Of a stretch of 64,000 nucleotides of DNA, positions 12,585-26,117 are shown in pieces. Position numbers and translations under genes: made by a program. Below the pieces are notes generated by a model that was not told the DNA's origin, did not search any database, and worked only from the letters and a program-made list of their open reading frames with translations. Source of the DNA: Lama guanicoe (taxonomy: Eukaryota). The stretch is taken from contig MU054187.1 of assembly GCA_013239625.1 (NCBI GenBank), positions 5,901,757 to 5,965,756 of the forward strand, read 5' to 3'. Every line of letters starts with the position of its first letter. Position 1 is the stretch's first letter.

Positions 12585-13795
12585 GAGTGTTTTCCAAAAC
12601 CTCCCAACAGTTCTCCAATGTTCAGTGGACATCCACTGAGTGTCTTACAAATTTAACTCAATTCTGACACGATCTACCTGGAGAAAGCAGGTTAAGGACT
12701 CAGTCCCACCAGAATCCCCCACTTCAGATGCCAATCTCAGGTCCCAGGGGCCACCCACTAACTGACCAGCTACAGAGTTCCCAGAAACCCGAGGGGCCCT
12801 TGGGTCTGATAATTTGCTAGAATGACCTACAAGGCTCGGGGAAGCATTTACTTACATGCACCTGTTCTTTATGAAGAAGAATACTCCTCAGGAACAGCTA
12901 GTTGAAAGGCATGCCCTCTCTGGGTTCACACCTCCCAGTACCTCCGTGTATTCACCAGCCCAGGGGCTCATCAAATGCCTCAGTGTTCAAGAATTTTGAA
13001 GAGCCTGATCTGCAGCACTCCCTCCCTTTCCTGGAGGTGGCTGAGTGGACCTGAAAGCTCCCACCTTCCAATCACTTCGTCTTTCTGGTGACCAGCCCCA
13101 ACCTGAAGCTACGTAGGGACGCCACCTCAAGTGTCCTCATTGACATAAACTCGTGTGATCAAAAAAGGGGCTCCTTATAAATGACCAAGGACTCTCTTAT
13201 CCCTCAGGAAATTCTAAGGGTTCTAGGAGCGCTGTGCCTAAAAAAAGGGAACAACCCAAATGTATTTTTCTTTTTTATTTATTTTTTTAACATTTTTTAT
13301 TGATTTATAATCATTTTACAATGTTGTGTCAAATTCCAGTGTACAGCACAATTTTTCAGTCATTCATGGACATATACACACTCATCGTCACATTTTTTTC
13401 TCTGTGAGTTATCATAACATTTTGTGTATATTTCCCTGTGCTATACAGTGTAATCTTGTTTATTTATTCTACAATTTTGAAATCCCAGTCTATCCCTTCC
13501 CACCCTCCACCCCCCTGGTACCCACAAGTCTATATTCTCTGTCTATGAGTCTATTTCTGTCATATATTTATGCTTTGTTTTTCTTTGTTTGTTTGTTTTG
13601 TTTTTGTTTTTTAGATTCCACATATGAGCAATCTCATATGGTATTTTTCTTTCTCTTTCTGGCTTACTTCACTTAGAATGACATTCTCCAGGTGCATCCA
13701 TGTTGCTGTAAATGGCGTTAATGTTGTCGGGTTTTATGGCTGAGTAGTATTCCATTGTATAAATATACCACCTCTTCTTTCTGATTATATCATGC
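12585..13795. mobile_element. MER21-like LTR with the young L1 inserted near its end
   Basis: caattctgacacgatctacctggag...caggttaaggactcagtcccac...ggaaattctaaggg. Confidence 0.72.
13268..13780 (-). mobile_element. Young 5'-truncated L1 3' end (camelid-type)
   Basis: T-rich tail, then L1 3'UTR and ORF2 C-terminus remnant (WYIYTMEYYSAIK in the minus-strand ORF 13669-13950). Confidence 0.88.
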
Positions 13796-13834
13796 CTCCT
13801 CACGAAGCCAGTGAGCTTCAAGGGTGGCCTCTTA

Positions 13835-14010
13835 GTCTCTGCATTTCTTAGCAGCTGGCACAGTGGGCATTTGGGGCTGGCCAGCTCTTTGCTCTGCAGA
13901 ACTGTCCCATACATCTTAGAATGTTTTGCACCCCTGACTTCCTTTTGCAATCATTCTAACAACCCAAAATGCCCAACACACACCTCTGTGCCACAGCTCT
14001 GCTGAACAGC
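13835..14010. mobile_element. MER20-like hAT fragment
   Basis: ggcacagtgggcatttggggctgg...ctgtccc...agaatgttt. Confidence 0.5.
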
Positions 14011-15851
14011 TGGTCCAAAGGGAGCACAGTGCTTCCTGCCAACGATGGTTCGGGAACTTACTCAGTAACTGGTATGCCAGTCACGAAACGGAATTTCTCC
14101 GCCACAGGAAATGGTCCAGGAAGAACCACGGAGTTTGGGCCAATGTTAACCAAGCCTTCCCTCCGACTAATGCATGTCTTACCTCTGGCATGTCCCCTTC
14201 ACAGCCATACCTATCCCTCTTAGGGGAGTTTTCGATTCATCAAAATATTTGGTACTTGGCTAAGTTGTTGGTCCAGGGTTACAAATGCCTGCAGAAGCCA
14301 AACAAATGCAGCATGCAGACCAGAGTGAGACAGCTGAATGTGGTCGGACTGATGTAATGAGAGAGTGAACGAGAGGACGGAAGGCATTAGGAGTCACAGA
14401 CTTTGTTTCTGGGAAAGAGCATCCCAAACGTGAGGTGAAGCCTTCATGTTCTCTCTGCTGAAAGTCATTCAATATTTCCACACACTTTACTCTTTGTTCA
14501 GGATAAGAAAAAGCCAGGGGTGTGAATTTTACACATTCCTGTCTCTGGGATAGTGATTTCTCATTGCAATTTGACACTCTGTTTTTAAAAATCAGACTCA
14601 TAAACTAGGTTAATGTGAGTCCATTCCTGAAAGATGGATTCACTTTTGATGTGCAGAGAAATCAGGTTTGTAAGCCTGATTTACTATGTATGCCATCCTG
14701 TGAGTTCCCTTGGGAGACTCAATATAATCCTTCTTCACGAACGTAAAGCCTTTATCACTTCCTTGTGGAGGACAAATACATTTTTCTTATGTGTTATATG
14801 CTGATGACTTCTAAATTTGTAGGTGGGGGTCAGAATGCTCATAGACCCACATATTCAGCTTTTAGCACTGTCACTGTCATGACATGAGAAATTCTTTAAT
14901 CTCTTTAAGCCTCTGTCTCTCTTTCTATAAAAGATTTTTCCCCTTTGTTTATTTGTTTTTGTCTCATTTAGCTTTCAGATTATCAGAGTTTGGAAATTTA
15001 CATTAAAGAGTTTGCATATATTAAAGGACTATGATACACATTTCACCATCTTTTTAAAAAAACTGATTCAGTTTGCACGTTCAAGTTCTACAAAAGAATT
15101 CTCACTTTTCACATTTTCTTCATTTCTGATTATTATTCTTTTCTTTAAACGAAGATTTTCAATTAAAAACCTATCAGATTTGCTGTGAAGATTAGATGAT
15201 TTGGGTGGTTTGTTACACATTTTCAATTATATTAAACTATTATGAATTTTAACAATAGTTGTCAGAGACAATTAGATACACAGGTAGAGGATACAAACAG
15301 ATCGTGTACAATAGAGGAACCGCAAATGTCTGTCAGACACTTGAAAAAGCATTCGGCCCCAAGTACCATAGCAGCTAAGCGGTATTTCTATCTCTATCTC
15401 AGATCACACCCCCGCCACCCCCGAGCTCCAGACTCAAATGTCCAATTGCTCATTCCATATCTCTACTTGGATGCCTGTTGGCATCTCAATTCAACGCGTC
15501 CAAAACAGAACCTTTGATTCTATCCTCTCTTTCCTACCCATCTGGTCTTCTCCTCCCTCAGTTAATGCACTACCCTGGTCATTAGGCAAAATATTGGGAA
15601 TCATGCCGATTTGTTCCCCTTCTCAGTCCCGTACATGCTACATCAGCGATGCCTGGCTGGACCCTGGAGTCGTGGGTGCTGCCCAGACCCAGCCGGAAGC
15701 CAGAGGGGAGTGACCTGGTCAAGTTCCTCGGGAAGTCAGAGTGGGCACATACTCTCCCTTTTGCTTCAAAGAAAATCCTGTCCCTTCTGGAAGTTCACCT
15801 CTCAACACTACACCAGCAGAGCAGAAGAGAGAACAGAGCAAGTGTCTGGGA

Positions 15852-16122
15852 AACAGAGAGAGACTCACAGACATAGGAAACAATTTATGGTTACCAAAAA
15901 AGGAAGTAGGAAGTGGGCTAAATTGGGAATTGGGGATTAACAGACACACACTACTATATATAAAATTGATACACAACAAGGACCTATTGTATAGCGCATA
16001 GAACTATATTCAATATCTTGTAATAACCTATAATGGAAAAGAATATATAGATATATAACTGAATCACTTTGCTGTACACCTGAAACATTGTAAATCAACT
16101 ATACCTCAATGAAAAACAAGAA
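15852..16122 (+). mobile_element. L1 3' end (cetartiodactyl-type)
   Basis: gactcacagacat...atggttacc...gtaaatcaactatacctcaat followed by an A-rich tail. Degenerate TSD agagcaagtgtctgg / agagcaaatatctag. Confidence 0.82.
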
Positions 16123-16899
16123 AGAGCAAATATCTAGGGACCCTGACACCCGCCTGGGTGGTGGTGACGGGGGTCCAACTTGAAACCTCGAAGCAGCTCC
16201 TCATTCGCTGGTCTCCAAGGGCCAGGATGCCAAATGCCTCCTAACCCCACACTCTTCTCTCCTCTCAGTTGGTCTCCTCTGGCCTCGGGGCCAGCATGCT
16301 TGCATGTCCCTCTCATATGATTCCAGTCTTCCGCTGGTTGCCAAACTTTCAGGAACCTCTCCTATGAAGCCAAAAATGAAATCTAATTATCCTTGTGCTT
16401 CAGTATTTGTGATGAGAAAGATGCTCTCAAGTGCAGGGGTCGGGGTGGGGTCCCACCCTCCTCTGTCCAGAGTCCAAGACAGGCACTGAGCCTACTTAAC
16501 TACATCTTTTCAAAATTTATTTCTTCCTTGTAATGAACTATGGCTTTTGGTGTGAAGACCTTTGTTACCATTTAGTTCTCTATGATAGAATCATTTTTAT
16601 TAATTTTTCATTCATCTTTATTGCTTTTATTACATAGTCTGTTAATTTTTTGTGAACTCTTTGTTTTTAATAAATAACAATCTCTGGGTTTTTACTAAAT
16701 AAATTAGGAACCTGTAATTTCTCATGAGTTTTAGTAGAATTATTGCAGTTAAGATGGTTCACTAGACCTGTGCCAACTCAGAGTAAATTTTCATTTATTT
16801 ATGTTTGAATTTTTCTTCCAAGATTTCGAGGATAACTATTCTGAATTGGAAAGCTTTATAATAGGGTGCACGTTCCACCAGCCTATATATATATGTCCA

Positions 16900-17522
16900 G
16901 TGCTGGCAGGCAGAAATCTAACATGGCCCTCAAGAGCTCCACTCCTTGTTGCACACCCATCTTCTCCCTGTTGTTCAACCAAATACTAATCTAGATGCTG
17001 CTATGAAGGGATTTTGCAGATACAATTAATGTCCCAAATCAACTGACTTCAAGACAGGGGGATGGCCCTGGGTGGGCTGTACCTAGTCAGGTGAGTCTTT
17101 TAAAGTGACAAAGCCCCTTCTGACAAAAAAAATTCAAAGCAGGAGGGAATAGAAATGAGGGAGAGTCTCTGTTGTTGGGTTTGAAGATGGAGTCAACCAT
17201 GTGCCAAGGAATGTGGGCAGCCTCTAGCTGTTGAAAGAAACTCCTGACTAATAGCCAGAAAATAGGGTCCTCAGCCCTGTAACTGCAGGAAGCAGAATCT
17301 TGCCACATCACATGATCACATGGGCTTGCAAAAGGACCCAAGTTCCAGATGAGAATGCAGCTAAGCTGACACCTTGATCTTTACTTTGTGAGATCCTGAG
17401 AAGAGAACCCATCTACACCAGGCCCAGACTTCTGCCCTACAGAATTGTGAGCTAATAAATGGGTACAGCTTTTTGCTACTAAGTTTGTGGTGTTTCGTTA
17501 CTCAGCAATAGAAAACTAATCC
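16900..17522 (+). mobile_element. MLT1-type MaLR LTR
   Basis: ctatgaagggattttgcagat ... ctaagtttgtggtgtttcgttactcagcaatagaaaactaat. Confidence 0.78.
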
Positions 17523-18214
17523 ATTAGGATGTGCTCATGTTGAGATATGACCTCCCCATCACAGGATGTGGTATGAGTCAGTGAAGCAGGAATTCCAGAA
17601 TTCCTGCAAGCCTTTTCTACGCTGGACAACTTACAATGATTCAACGTAAAACATGAGACCCTGAATAAATATATTCTAAAAAGTTAAATGTGTCCCCAAC
17701 ACAACTCTTCCTTAAACACTACCAAAAAAAACAGAAAGAATACTAGCTGTGGACACTCCAGGACCTCCCAACACAGGGGGCAAGTGCAGCAGTTAAGAAG
17801 TCTGAGTGGAGAGAAAGAACAGAATTCAGAAATTTAAGTATAGATATCTCACTTTTGCAAATTTTACAAAAAAAGGAAATTGACAAATTGAACATATTTG
17901 CTTTGGAAGGTGTCACGCAAGTGAGGGACCCTGAGCTTAAGTTTCCTTAGCTTCATGGTAAATCTCTATATATATTCTTGGCACCTGGTATAGTACCTGG
18001 CATGTGAACAACAGGTCTCAAATAATTGTTTCTTATACGGGCACATTAAATTAATCATTAAAGGGTTGTTTAGTGACTTCAAAATTTTCTTTTAGTGACT
18101 CAGTGAATTCAAAACTTTCTTAAGTGAATTCACGTTAATGGAAGTATGCCTGTGTATACTGAGTTCACTTTCAATTTCCTGTATCCTGGGTCCCTTATAG
18201 TCAAACATACTATA

Positions 18215-18685
18215 CAGAGGGTCCCTGACTTAACGATGGTTTGACTTACAATTTTTTGACTCTACAAAAGGAATGCACATTCAGTAGAATCCATACTTTG
18301 AATTTTGAATTTTCATCTTTTCCCAGGCTAGTGATATGCAGTATGAGCCTCTCTCTCGTGATGCTGGGCATCCGTCAGCCATGTGATCATGAAGGTTAAC
18401 AGTGATACACTTACAGCCATTCTGTACCCAGACAGCAGTCCTGGTTTTCACTTTGAGCACAGTACTCTGTAAGTTACATGCTCTGTTCAACACTCTTATA
18501 AAATAGGCTTTGTGTTAGAGGATTCTGCCCAACTGTAGGCTAATGTAAGTATCCTGAGCATGTTTAAGATATCGAGGCTAAGCTATATTTGGTAGGTGTA
18601 TTAAATGTGTTTTCAGCTTAACAATATTTTCAACTTATGATGGGTTTATCTGGACGTATCCCTCGAGTAAGTCAAGGGAGATCTG
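18215..18685. mobile_element. Tigger3-type TcMar DNA transposon derivative
   Basis: TIRs cagagggtccctgacttaacg / gtaagtcaagggagatctg, each flanked by TA. Confidence 0.82.
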
Positions 18686-19869
18686 TATACTTACTTTCTC
18701 ATCTCTGCTTATTTCTAAGAAAGAAAGATAAATAGTTCAGTTTTTGTGTTTCAATTAGTAATTCAAGAACCTCAGTCTGTTCTTTTATAAATAAGCTATT
18801 TGCTGACCTCAGTGTTCAGATGAGACAAGCTCACATTTGGCGTTTGGATTTAGTGGGGGTTTTTGAGGGGGTGAAATGAAAGGAGAACCTTCCAGAAATG
18901 CATTCAGTTGATTCAAAGAGAGGAAGCAGACTCTAGTTCTAAAGAGGTTTTTGTCTATTAATGATTTTGCTAAAGGAAAACTTAACAAAAAGTAGAGTAT
19001 ATCAATGATGAATAATCTGCTCTTTCTAACAGACACTTCTGTGTTATAATTTGTATCAAATGTAGTGTGAAGAAAGTTAAAATATCCATTTACTAAGAGT
19101 AAAAATTGCTCTCCATTAAGTCTGGTAATGAAAACTTCAAGATAAGACCCCAAAATGACATAAGCCTGCAGTTCTTCTGATAAAGATAACAGTACCAGAA
19201 AACACTGCATTTAGGGAATAAGATGATAGAGAAACTCTACTTACTAGTACTTCAAACTTTTTCACCTAAAGGGAGTGTTTCCCTTACATCCATTTAATGT
19301 AGATTTTTTTTTAACCTGAAACATAACATGCATAATCAACTGCTTTAACATTTGGACATATGAGTGCAAGTAGGAAATATTAGCAGATAGGGAAACACTG
19401 AATTCCCATAACATTATTCAAATAAGTTAATGAAAAAGTGGAAATAAATTGTTTGCTCTGTGGAATCACATGAATCCTTAAGGACTTGAGATGAAAGCAA
19501 ACAGCAACTCTTTTTTAAAAAAATCCCTTTTAGAAGCTATGTTGTTATTGCATTTGAGCCTCAAAAGTTGCTTTGAAACATAATTTTTAAAAACTGAAAA
19601 ATATGTTTTCTCTCTCTTTTCCAACTGTAAACTAATTTTTTCAGGCCTTTTATTGAAAATATTTTTAGAAGCACACAAAACCAAAACCACAGTAAATTTC
19701 TTTTTACTTTCTTTTTAATTTCTTTACTATAAACAGACTCATGTATTTATACTAAAATTTTATTGTAGGTAGACAGGTTAAATGAACCTGATTTGACCTA
19801 AAATGAATCTGATTTCAGATGGTTAGACATTTATTAGATCTCTGTTTTTAGTTCTTGATCTCTTCAGGT

Positions 19870-20345
19870 TGTGGTAGCCAGCTTCTAAGATGGCTCCCAG
19901 TGGTCTTTGCCTCTGGTATTAATGCCCTTGTGTAGTCCGTTCCTAGATTTTATCACAGTGGGTCCACGGGACCAGAAGAATACAGCAGAAGTGATGGAAT
20001 GTGACTTCCAAAGTTAGGTCATAAGAGACATTGAGGTTTTGACCTCATGCTCACTCTCTCATCTCTTGCACTCTGGGAGAAATCAGCTTCCATGTCGAAG
20101 GTACAAACAGTCCTCTAGGAGGTCCACGTGGTATAGAACTAAAGCCTCAGCCATGCAAACGAGCTACCTTGGGAGTAAATCACGCAGCCCCAGTCAAGCC
20201 TTCAGATGACTGCAGACTACAGCCCTGGCTGAAAGAGTCATTGCAACCCCATGAGACCTCCACGCCAGAGCCACCCAGCTAAGCTGCTCCTAGGTTTCTG
20301 ATAAACAAAAATTGTGTGAGAATAAATGTTTATTGCTGTTGTAAG
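19870..20345 (+). mobile_element. MLT1-type MaLR LTR
   Basis: tgtggtagccagcttctaagatggctccc ... cccagtcaagccttcagatgactgcag ... aataaatgtttattg. Confidence 0.78.
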
Positions 20346-23300
20346 GTTACACTGTACCTTCTCATAATATGTTTAACTGAAGAAATTGTTGCGAATTGAT
20401 CCTCAGATTCCTTAAACTGAGAAAGTTGTAAGAGTAGTGAAGTGATGATTCTTGGACAAATCTAAATTAGCCTTACAGATTTTTAAATCTGAGTCTTTAG
20501 ATGTAATTTCAATTTCTGAAGAACAAGTTTATTCTTTTAATGAGTTTTTTTAAATAAAAAAGTTTAGAAAATAGACTGTTACTTTCTCCATATTAGAAAG
20601 GAAAATGTGATCCTTTGGCGGTCATTTTCCTCTCTTTCACTCCATATGGTGAAAATTCTGAGAATCAGAAGCAGAGATAAAGACTATATAGGAAGGAGGG
20701 GAGACAGAAGAAGGTTGAAATTGATCTCACAATTTTGGGCACCCATTTCACACAAAGGATATTGGTGACAGAAGGTTTTCTCTTTCCACACCTCCCACTG
20801 GGACAGAGCTAGCTTATCATTTCCTCAAAAATGAGGAGTAAATGGATTTCCCTTTATCAAAATTTAAAGACCTTTAAGGCTAAAGAATAAAAGAAATTGA
20901 AGCACTTATGGAAGTAGTAAATGGTTCGCTCTTCAGCACAATCTGAGGCAGACACCTCATGAACCCCCTTCTCATTCTGATCCCTGTTTTTCCAAAATAA
21001 GGACACCTACATGTTAACACAAGTCATAGAATCATTAAAGATAAATGGAGAGTAGGCTATGAAGTAATTGCATGACAAAAACCCAATAATGCAGATAGTA
21101 AAATATTACTGATGTTCTATGCTTCTGTAGGGGTTGGGCCTTTAACACACTTAGATGCATCTGCAGAGAATCATCCCCCTGGAAGATGGTACACATGCTT
21201 CCTCCTTGTCATGTACTTTTCACTGTGTTCTCACATCCACCTCCCAGCAGTTCTGTTATGTAAGCAACTGGAGTTATTATCTCTACTGAATATATGACCA
21301 AAATTCTGAAGAGGATGCTCTCCAGGTCAGCTGCTTAGTGGCAAGAGAGACTATAATTTAGGCCTCCTGGAATCCAACATTAGGCCTCTCTCCACATCCC
21401 TTTCTTGGCGGGAAGCACTAAATAACTGTTAAGGACTTAGAAAAGCAGGTAATTTAAGAACTCTCTTTTGGTTTTTAACTCACTCTCAAGTTTTATTTTT
21501 TTTAATTATTAATTCAAAACGTTTTACATAGTTATAGTTTTTAATCCATGATCTTATAAAATGACCTCATTATTATTCCAATATTCACTTTTCTCTCATT
21601 CACACACTGACGGAGCTCTTTTCTATTATTAATGGTAAGTCCATTGGTAACAAGATTGGCCTACATTCAAACAAAAGTTTCTTCACTCCCCTCCACACAC
21701 AGGGACTCAAGATGTGAATCTTCAATCATTCCATCGTTGACTCTTTGAGTAAACTTTCGAAGGATGAACAAAACTAAATGGAAGAGAGAAAACAGTCATT
21801 TCTGGCTTTGACAAATGGTCAGAAATAGGTTGCAAATAGAAAAGTAAAAGAGAGGATACTGGTGTTACCCAGCAAGAATATAAAGGGCAGGGCAGGTGGA
21901 CAAGGTGAACAAAGTAGAGTGGAGAGGGCTGTTGAAGGCTCCGGAATGACTATGTTAAAGCAATAACTATGAAGGATGATGCACTTTGAGGCTCAGCTTG
22001 AACGGTTCTCGTTCGGTAAAACCTACCTTCATTTTCCAGAACAAAATTCCGTCCTCTAAAATAACACTGTACCTCTTCTGCAGTCTTCATCGGGCCAAAA
22101 GTACTCATGACTTAGCACAGAGAGACTCTAATCCCCTTGAAGACAGGGTCTTTGTTGGGCTTATTTAATTCCCACAGCTCTCAGCGACAGGTTGGAGGCG
22201 GAGGACAGGGAGAGGATGAAAGGGGAAAGGACTTCAACGTTAACTTCATGTCTCCTGTGAGCTTGACACTTTGCTGGACACTTTACTTGTGTCATCTCAT
22301 GAGAAATCTAAGGCTTAGAGAGTTTAGTAACTTATCCAGGATCTCTCAACCAGTAGCGGGTAAATTCAAGATTTCAACCTAGTTCCTTCTCCCTCCAAAA
22401 CTGGTACTGAGCTTATTAGTATTTTGCAGGAAAATTAATTCTGTCATAGTATTTAGAAATGGCTGCAAGAAAGCATTTCGCAGTGGTTCTTAATTACATC
22501 TGGGTCATAGACTCATGTGAGAATCTCTCCCATAAAATTACATGTATGCAAATACACACATCACTGTGTATATCATTTCCAGAAGATCACAGCCCCCAGA
22601 GTGCATTTGAGTATTGGATAAGGAAACCATGGAAACCAAAGCATGAAGCTATAGATTACAGGATTCCCATCCCATTCCACCCTACCACTCTACCCACAGT
22701 CTGAGAGTGAGCAAAACCAGAGGAAATTTAAACAAATAAAAAGTTTGGTTGGGACAAGTAGATTTAAAATTCCAGTATAATACTGTACTTAAAAATGTCC
22801 TGGAGAACTTGAATAAGGAGACTCTGGAGAATGTAGTCTTACAATCTTTAAATTTCACAGTTATGACCTTCAGACCATACATGATGTAAGACTGAGAGAT
22901 GAGGTTATCGGAATTCATCCTCAAGGGAGTGAAATAGCTGAAAATCAAACTGAATGGAAAATCCCAGGAAGTGTCCTATGACTTAAGGGAAGCGAGGTTT
23001 ATTTCTGTCATCTTACCTGAGGAATTTTTCTCGAAAAATGTCTTGGGATTTTGGGGGCTACATAAAAATGTTTAAAATGAGGTTTGTGTAGTTTTTATTT
23101 ATACCCTGTATTGTTTCAAAGAGAATTTAAGACAGCATATATGGGCTTAGAGAAAATATAACAAAATATCATGAACTACATGTAGGAAAAAATAAACGTA
23201 GGGACATAAAAGAGAGACAGGAGTGGAGCTGAGTTTAAAACATGGATTTATATAGTGATTAGGGCTTTATTCCCTCAAGTTAATTTTTTTTAAATTGTGC

Positions 23301-23637
23301 AACACTAAGAGTTTCATGTATTAAGTATATATTTTTCATAATTTACAAAATATCTTCACATACAGTATCTCATTTGATCCTAAATTGACTTTGTGAGGCA
23401 GTTTTTCTCTGTATTTTCCAGACAAGGAAACCGAGGCTCAGGAAGGGACTTGAAAATCCAGACCTTACTCCTTCCAAAGCTACTGATTGTTACAATTCCT
23501 GTGCACAATAATACTGCCTCTCAGTCCTGTGCAAGAACAATACACACTTGACTCCTGTGGCCTTGACATTGTTGTGAGATTTTTTTTTTATCTTGCAAAA
23601 ATGCCTTCTAATTTTATCACCTTCCCTTGGTGCATTT

Positions 23638-24062
23638 ATTTTTCAAAACAAACAACTGTTTATTGAAGTACCGCTGATTTACAATATTGTGTAATTTCAG
23701 GTGTACAGCAAAAGTGACTCAGTTACACACACATATATAAATCTATTCTTTTTCAGATTCTTTTCCACTACAGGTTAGTATAAGAAATTGAATACTGTGC
23801 TACATACTGGTTCTGGTTGTTTATCTATTTTATATATATATAGTAGTTTGTATCTGCAAATCCCAAACTCCTGATTTATCCTTCCCCACTCCTTTCCCCT
23901 TTGGTAACCATAAGTTTGTTTTCTGTATCTGTGAGTCTGTTTTTATTTTGGAAATAAGTTCATTTGTATCATTTTGTTAGATTCCACATGTAAGTGATAT
24001 CATGTGATATTTGTATTTCTCTGTCTTACTTCACCTAGTATCATTATCTCTAGGTGCATCCA
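23638..24062 (-). mobile_element. L1 3' end, same type as the 15852 copy
   Basis: ttggtaaccataagtttgttttctgtatctgtgagtctg is the reverse complement of the core of the 15.9-kb copy. Confidence 0.82.
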
Positions 24063-26096
24063 CCTATGATTTTTTACATACACAATTCTGACCTTTCTCT
24101 TCAGTTTCCCGCGTGTCCATTGGGTAAAGTTCTATATGCACACTGACACGGCTACAAATCCCCACGTGACCTGGCACCAGTGACTTCTCCCTCTGCTCAC
24201 CTCTAACAATATAAGGTTGCTCCTGATTGTAAGGATGTTAGGCTTTCGTGTGACATCCTCGTAGACTTGTCCTGTTCAGGCTATGGGTAAAGAACTTCCT
24301 CTGAGAATAGTAAGGAATTGAGTTTCTTCTGGAAGGAGGGGATTTTCTAAATGTTGATCACCAGGAAAGACTCGAGTGAAGGCACTCAGATGGAAGGGAC
24401 AAAATGGCCTTTGGAATAGTGGTGGCCTTGAGCAGGGACCTCTTCTCCCCCAAACTAAAGACGAGTGAACCAGATTATGCAATTCTAGGTAATGTTTCAT
24501 GTCAAATTTTTGTGTGCTGTCTCTGAAAATCCCCTCCAAACACTCTTTAAGAAATCTGTTTAAGGTGACAATTGGAAAGGCCATTCAAATCAGGCAGGAA
24601 CCAGCCACTGCCAGCCTAACACGAACGTGTCAGTAGAATGAAGGATTCCAAAAGGGAGAGGAAAATATTAGGCAACAGGAGCCAGGGCCACTAAATCCCA
24701 GTCACTTCTGCCCTAGCAATAACGCCCCTTCCACCGCCAACACGAGAGGCTACGAGTTAGCCAACAAGCTTCCTTATGCAACTTTAAATTCCCTGAACAG
24801 ATCCAGGACCTTTGCTCATTGTTTCTCGTGCCTAAACTTCAGTTCCCTTTCCCCAACTTTCATTCTTTTGACAAATTCTTGCTCATCATTCATATTTCTG
24901 GTTCAGACATAATCTTCTCCAGGTAACCTACCCTAACACTTTAACTCTGTGCTCCTTTATAATAGGCTCTGCCTTTAGTTCCAATGCCTAGAAGTGCAGA
25001 AAATATGCTATGTACTTAGTTAGTGTTAGTTGAATGAGCAAAAAAGTTATTTTCCCCCTTTTTTCAATAGAAAATTCATGAAGACTGCAAAAATGTCAAA
25101 CTGCACTGAAAAAATTCAGTGAAAGGTGGATCCTTCCTCCAATCCCACCCACTTCTTCCTTTGATGCCAGTTGTTTCCTTTCAGACTAAGTACATGTGGG
25201 TATTTAAGCGGATTCCTATCATTTTTCCACACAATGGTTAAAAAAAAATTCATTTAACAATAAAGCGTAGCTTATAAATATACAAACACAATTATATATC
25301 ATACATCACTTTTACATATTATAGATAATTGCATAGATAATACATATAACATAGATATATGTTTACACACTGAGTGCTATCCCTTGTTTTTGCTTAACAT
25401 AAGTCACGCTTTTTTAAAAAATTAAGACTACATAGCATTCCATCGCAGGGACTACCACGGTTTACGCACATTCCCTGATTTATGGCTGCTAATTTACAAA
25501 TCCTTCCAATTTCACTGTCAAAGCCCCACATCCAGCACAGAAATACATCCGCCCTCCAACCCAGCCCCGAGGGGCTCCCGCACTTTCAAACACCTTCTCA
25601 CGAGCCAAGGACGGGGCCCTGCGCCGATCGCGGCCTCCCCCTTCCCACCACATGCTCCGCGTCCCACCGCAGGGCGGAAGGACGCGGTACCGCGCGCGTC
25701 GCCGCGACGGGACCCCAAGCCCCCGCCCCTCCCGCAGCGTCTCCCGGCCGCCGGGGTCGCCCGCTCAAACGTGCCGGAACGACCGGCGGCCGGGGGGCGC
25801 ACGGGCGGACTGGGAGCAGCCGGCGCGGCGCTGGGCGGGGCTCCGGCCGGCGGGGCGGGGCTCTGGCTGGGCGGGGCTCCGGCCGGCGGGCAGCGGCCGG
25901 CGTGCGGGGCTCCTCCCCTTGCCCCCGGCGGCGCCGGCGGCCGCAGCACTTCCGGGTCGGCGCGGAGGCGGGGCGGAGGCGCGGCGGCGGCTGTTATTGT
26001 TCGAGTGAGCTCGGCTGGGCGCTGTCTTCCTCGGCTCGGTTGGTGTCGGTTTGTCCCACTTCCTCTGGGCGCCTCAATCCCGGCGGCTGACGGCCA

Positions 26097-26117
26097 CGGC
26101 GGCGGCGGCGGCGGCGG
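26097..26117 (+). repeat. (CGG)7 tract in the likely 5' UTR
   Basis: Read directly from the sequence; followed by GGA-rich tracts at 26165-26195. Confidence 0.9.

Noticed and set aside
1..25400. Short ORFs (60-140 aa) in the upstream region as genes
   Set aside because: Most overlap repeats or start at non-ATG codons, and none resembles a protein family I recognise apart from L1 remnants.
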